Shown piece by piece: positions 35,294 to 38,132 of a stretch of DNA of 38,132 bases (position 1 is its first letter; every line of letters starts with the position of its first letter). The stretch covers positions 1-38,132 of IMG/VR virus record IMGVR_UViG_3300033148_002311; one strand, 5' to 3'. Origin of the DNA: a virus. Its lineage: Duplodnaviria > Caudoviricetes. Position numbers and translations under genes: made by a program. Under the pieces are notes generated by a model. It ran no database searches. It saw only the letters and a program-made list of their open reading frames with translations, and was not told where the DNA came from.

Positions 35294-35893
35294 TTAAAAC
35301 GTTAATTGGTTTGTAATAGTTTCTATTTTTTTAAGAGTTTCAACCTCTAAATCAAAACATTCTTTAATCTCGTCGCCTAAACTTTCTCTTGTTACCTCAA
35401 TCCAAAATAAGTCTTTTGTTATTTGAGGATCATAGAACACGAAATAGAGCTTCTTTAAATCGTCATTTACCACGAAATACTGTAAAACTTGATAATGGTA
35501 TTCGCTAGGGATTTCTTGAGTTAAGAGGGCTTCTAAGTGTCTTGAATGAGATAAACACTTCACTTCTGCTGCTTCAGTTTCACTTATAACTCCATCAGGA
35601 CTAATTGCTATTTTCTCGTTATCTTCCCTTTGCCATATTATTAAATCGTTTGAAACTTTCTTCTTGATTTTTTTAGCAAATTCCTCAATAGCAAACTTCT
35701 CTAACTCTTTGCCCCTTAACATCATATTTTCATTAACAGGAATTGCTACATTTTCTGCAATCATTTCATAAAAGCCTATTTTCGGTTTCTTGGTTCTTTT
35801 AAGAACTAAATCTTTTAATCTTGTTCCTGTAACTTTTCCTTTACGAAAAGCTAACCATTTTTCCTCATCTTGATTGAAATCAATTGTTTTCAT
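35294..35893 (-). CDS. YqaJ/lambda-exonuclease-family recombination nuclease
   Basis: WLAFRKGKVTGT, MLRGKELE, SPDG, EVKC, Y.YQV. Confidence 0.9.
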   Translation of the reverse strand: MKTIDFNQDEEKWLAFRKGKVTGTRLKDLVLKRTKKPKIGFYEMIAENVAIPVNENMMLRGKELEKFAIEEFAKKIKKKVSNDLIIWQREDNEKIAISPDGVISETEAAEVKCLSHSRHLEALLTQEIPSEYHYQVLQYFVVNDDLKKLYFVFYDPQITKDLFWIEVTRESLGDEIKECFDLEVETLKKIETITNQLTF

Positions 35894-36642
35894 AAGCCCT
35901 GTTCATTAACTAATATATCAAGCCGACTGATTATTTCACTAAAGTTTTCTTCCTTTAAATCAAGTTGAGTATCTTGCTTAACTGCATTTTCTACTTGGGC
36001 TTTGGTCTCTGTTTCGTGGCCCAGTCTTTTAAGTCTAAACATAATCTTTGCCTTTTCAGATTTAGCTTCTCCATTATTATCAGTATCTTCTGCGTCTGTA
36101 TCTTCATCAGCAGTTCCTATTCCTAAAACATTAAGTAAAGTATATCTCTTTGCAAAACTTTGAGCTGTTGCATAGCTTTGAGGTGAACTCATAAACTGAC
36201 TTTTAACAATAGGCACATCAAAAGTGCTTTGTTCTGAATGTCCTGCAATATGGGTTAGTTTACAAACAACCTTAATATGTTCGTTTTCTCTCTTAGAATC
36301 CCAGTTGTAAGAAAAACCGTTATTAGAAACTGTATCTTTAATCTGTTTAATTACTGAATCCATTGGAGCATAAGAATATCTAATAGTTACACCATCTTTA
36401 TTATATACTGGTTTTGTTTTTTCAATTACTGGAACTTCTTTTTGAAAATTAGCTAAAGCCTTAACAAATTCTTCTTTAGCTCGTTCTGCCTTGAACTCTT
36501 TTTGAAGAACAAACAATCGCTCCATAGTTTCAACAGGTAATTTGTTTTCTATTGCTTGTTGAATAAAGATAGAGACTTCTGATTGATTATTAACTTGTTC
36601 TTTTTTTTCAGTTGTTTTTACTATTTTATTTTCTTTTTTCAT
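35890..36642 (-). CDS. ERF-family single-strand annealing protein
   Basis: YSYAPMD, LTHIAGHSE, Q...AQSFAKRYTL...GI....DTDA. Confidence 0.85.
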   Translation of the reverse strand: MKKENKIVKTTEKKEQVNNQSEVSIFIQQAIENKLPVETMERLFVLQKEFKAERAKEEFVKALANFQKEVPVIEKTKPVYNKDGVTIRYSYAPMDSVIKQIKDTVSNNGFSYNWDSKRENEHIKVVCKLTHIAGHSEQSTFDVPIVKSQFMSSPQSYATAQSFAKRYTLLNVLGIGTADEDTDAEDTDNNGEAKSEKAKIMFRLKRLGHETETKAQVENAVKQDTQLDLKEENFSEIISRLDILVNEQGL

Positions 36643-36647
36643 ACTTA

Positions 36648-36800
36648 TTATTTATTATTTCTCCTAAGAAACGCTGGTGTTGACCACCTTTGTTCCTTCT
36701 TGATAATTTCAGCCTTTTGCTTGTCTATTTCGGCAAGGCGTTCGTTTTCCTCTTGGATTTCCAACATTATGTGGTCGTCTTTTATTTGTTCTCTGTTCAT
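36648..36800 (-). CDS. Small hypothetical protein (start probably ATG 36800)
   Basis: MNREQIK...TPAFLRRNNK; the longer start at 36836 falls inside a predicted stem. Confidence 0.55.
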   Translation of the reverse strand: MNREQIKDDHIMLEIQEENERLAEIDKQKAEIIKKEQRWSTPAFLRRNNK

Positions 36801-36808
36801 AATTTTAC

Positions 36809-36959
36809 AGAAGTTAGGTTTTATGTATATCAGCATAGGAATGAGCGAGTCAGTTGAGCTTTTTGAGATTAAACAAGTCGTGATTTATTTGTTAGACTGT
36901 TTTTTAATCTTCTTACTCGTTACTTCTAACAAGCTCACCCTATGCCTCATGTAACTTCT
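36809..36959 (-). ncRNA. Highly structured 5' leader RNA of the recombination operon
   Basis: Nested stems AGAAGTTA/TAACTTCT, GCATAGG/CCTATGC, GTGAGC/GCTCAT plus crossing TTGTTAGA/TCTAACAA and AGATTAAA/TTTAATCT. Confidence 0.55.
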
Positions 36960-36966
36960 ATTATTA

Positions 36967-36994
36967 AGTATACACTTTTTAAAAATCGTGTCAA
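36967..36994 (-). promoter_or_regulatory. sigma70-type early promoter
   Basis: TTGACA-N16-TATACT. Confidence 0.75.
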
Positions 36995-37158
36995 GTCTTT
37001 ATCACCTTGACCCCTACTTTTTGTATAATTTGCCTGACTCTTTCACGAGTGATTTTATACTTTTTGCCGATTTCGTCTAATGTCAAAAGCGGATATAATT
37101 CTAATATCTCTTTGTCTCTTTTTTTTCTATACTCTTTTTGTTTTGGATTTTCTGGCAT
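36991..37158 (-). CDS. Stand-alone sigma70 region-4-like HTH regulator, 55 aa (not in ORF track)
   Basis: Hand-translated ...RDKEILELYPLLTLDEIGKKYKITRERVRQIIQK... Confidence 0.8.
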   Translation of the reverse strand: MPENPKQKEYRKKRDKEILELYPLLTLDEIGKKYKITRERVRQIIQKVGVKVIKT

Positions 37159-37172
37159 ATTGTTTTTATTTA

Positions 37173-37200
37173 ATTATATTCTTTTTAAAAACTTTGTCAA
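37173..37200 (-). promoter_or_regulatory. sigma70-type promoter of the HTH gene
   Basis: TTGACA-N16-TATAAT. Confidence 0.75.
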
Positions 37201-37207
37201 GTCTTTA

Positions 37208-37663
37208 CTACTCCCAACACCCCCACCTATTACCTAAGTCTTCAGAAATCATTTTTTCGGCACAAATTATTTGTATCTCTGGGTCGAATAAATCATTTCT
37301 CAAGCCATATTTATTTATACAATACTCTTGAAATGTTGGTTTACTAAACTGTAAAATTCCAAAACTACCAATGCTTTTATTTCCTTTTAAATCATAATGG
37401 ACATCTTTTAAGTTTTTAGCATTAGGATCTCCTGAACTTTCACAATCAATTAAATCTCTTATAGTCGGCGTAGAAAAAATTGATCCTAATACTTTAACTC
37501 TTATTGTAAATGGTGTCGGTAATGGTTTTAAGCAATTATCTATTATCAAATACGGTTTAGGTTGCTCGTAGGGGCACCTAACATCGTTCCAGACGTTGTT
37601 TTTAATGATTGTTGGATAAATTATCGTTAATAAGATTAAAAGTGTTAGAATTGCTCTATTCAT
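37208..37663 (-). CDS. Membrane-anchored lytic-transglycosylase (SLT)-like protein
   Basis: N-terminal hydrophobic anchor; CESS, GILQF..TF, DPEIQI motifs. Confidence 0.75.
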   Translation of the reverse strand: MNRAILTLLILLTIIYPTIIKNNVWNDVRCPYEQPKPYLIIDNCLKPLPTPFTIRVKVLGSIFSTPTIRDLIDCESSGDPNAKNLKDVHYDLKGNKSIGSFGILQFSKPTFQEYCINKYGLRNDLFDPEIQIICAEKMISEDLGNRWGCWE

Positions 37664-37983
37664 AGTAGTTTTTCAAGTATTCTTACAACTTCTTCTTCGG
37701 CAGAGTAAAGCTCTTCCTCTCTCATATCTCTGCTACGAGCCAATGACGACATTCTAGACAATACTAAATGAATCATCTCGTGTTTAGCATTCTCTTTAGG
37801 GTTAGACATTTCCTGGGAAGAATCATACATTACATTAGCAACATAACCATCGATACTAGTATTAATAGATGCGAAACAATCCTTGAGCTCCATATCTCGA
37901 AAATATAATTTCCAACTACTTAATCCCCATTTCTTTTGAAGTCTTAAACACTCGTTTTTGAATTGTTTAAATTTTTTATTCAT
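37660..37983 (-). CDS. HEXXH-motif protein (putative zincin-like metallohydrolase)
   Basis: HEMIH motif with downstream EE. Confidence 0.6.
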   Translation of the reverse strand: MNKKFKQFKNECLRLQKKWGLSSWKLYFRDMELKDCFASINTSIDGYVANVMYDSSQEMSNPKENAKHEMIHLVLSRMSSLARSRDMREEELYSAEEEVVRILEKLL

Positions 37984-38132
37984 TTTCTTTTATAAATAAT
38001 TCCCAGAAAGCAGTTTTAAACCTCTTTCCTTTTTCTGATAATAAATTGTTGTCCTCTAAGTATTCAAATAACTCATCTATTGTTATTGGTGATAAATGGT
38101 TAAATTCTTTTAGGAACTTTATTATTTCTTTA
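37976..38132 (-). CDS. 53-aa hypothetical protein spanning the circular junction (ATG at 119)
   Basis: MNKEIIKFLKEFNHLSPITIDELFEYLEDNNLLSEKGKRFKTAFWELFIKENE reads from 119 through the repeat to TAA at 37976-37978. Confidence 0.65.
   Translation of the reverse strand, partial: KEIIKFLKEFNHLSPITIDELFEYLEDNNLLSEKGKRFKTAFWELFIKENE
38019..38132. repeat. Terminal direct repeat, right copy
   Basis: Identical to 1-114. Confidence 0.97.

Noticed and set aside
1632-37331. All plus-strand ORFs in the track (e.g. 1632-1844, 5837-6097, 33848-34207, 36583-36954)
   Set aside because: They lie antisense to well-supported minus-strand genes or regulatory elements, are Phe/Ile/Leu/Ser-rich shadows of Lys/Glu-rich frames and show no motifs.
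1-38132. Stop-codon reassignment (TGA or TAG recoding)
   Set aside because: Genes are intact under code 11, and TGA and TAG both end genes at sensible places, often in ATGA overlaps.

Overview
The window looks like a complete, circularly permuted, AT-rich tailed-phage genome of about 38,018 bp. A 114-bp terminal direct repeat and an ORF that reads through the junction support circularity. Every credible gene is on the minus strand. In transcription order (high to low coordinates) the modules are: (1) an early module with a lytic-transglycosylase-like protein, a stand-alone sigma70-region-4 HTH, an ERF-like annealing protein, a YqaJ exonuclease, an SSB, a NinB-like protein and a resolvase; (2) packaging and head genes (TerS, TerL, P22-like portal, scaffold, SU10/DUF5309-type capsid); (3) a virion module with an embedded glycosylation cluster (TPR-GT2-GT4 fusion, fukutin-like LicD phosphotransferase, TagD glycerol-3-phosphate cytidylyltransferase, two more GT-A enzymes); (4) podovirus-type adaptor, nozzle, fibre and ejection genes; (5) lysis genes; (6) an island of separately promoted accessory cassettes with boxA motifs and a small RNA; (7) an HTH replication initiator with internal iterons, preceded by a P4-CI/P1-C4-like RNA switch; (8) HNH, YopX and small accessory genes. 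I saw no integrase, tRNA or CRISPR array. Most genes lack Shine-Dalgarno sites, which is compatible with but does not prove a Patescibacteria (CPR) host. Family assignments come from motifs read by eye and recalled family features, not from database searches.
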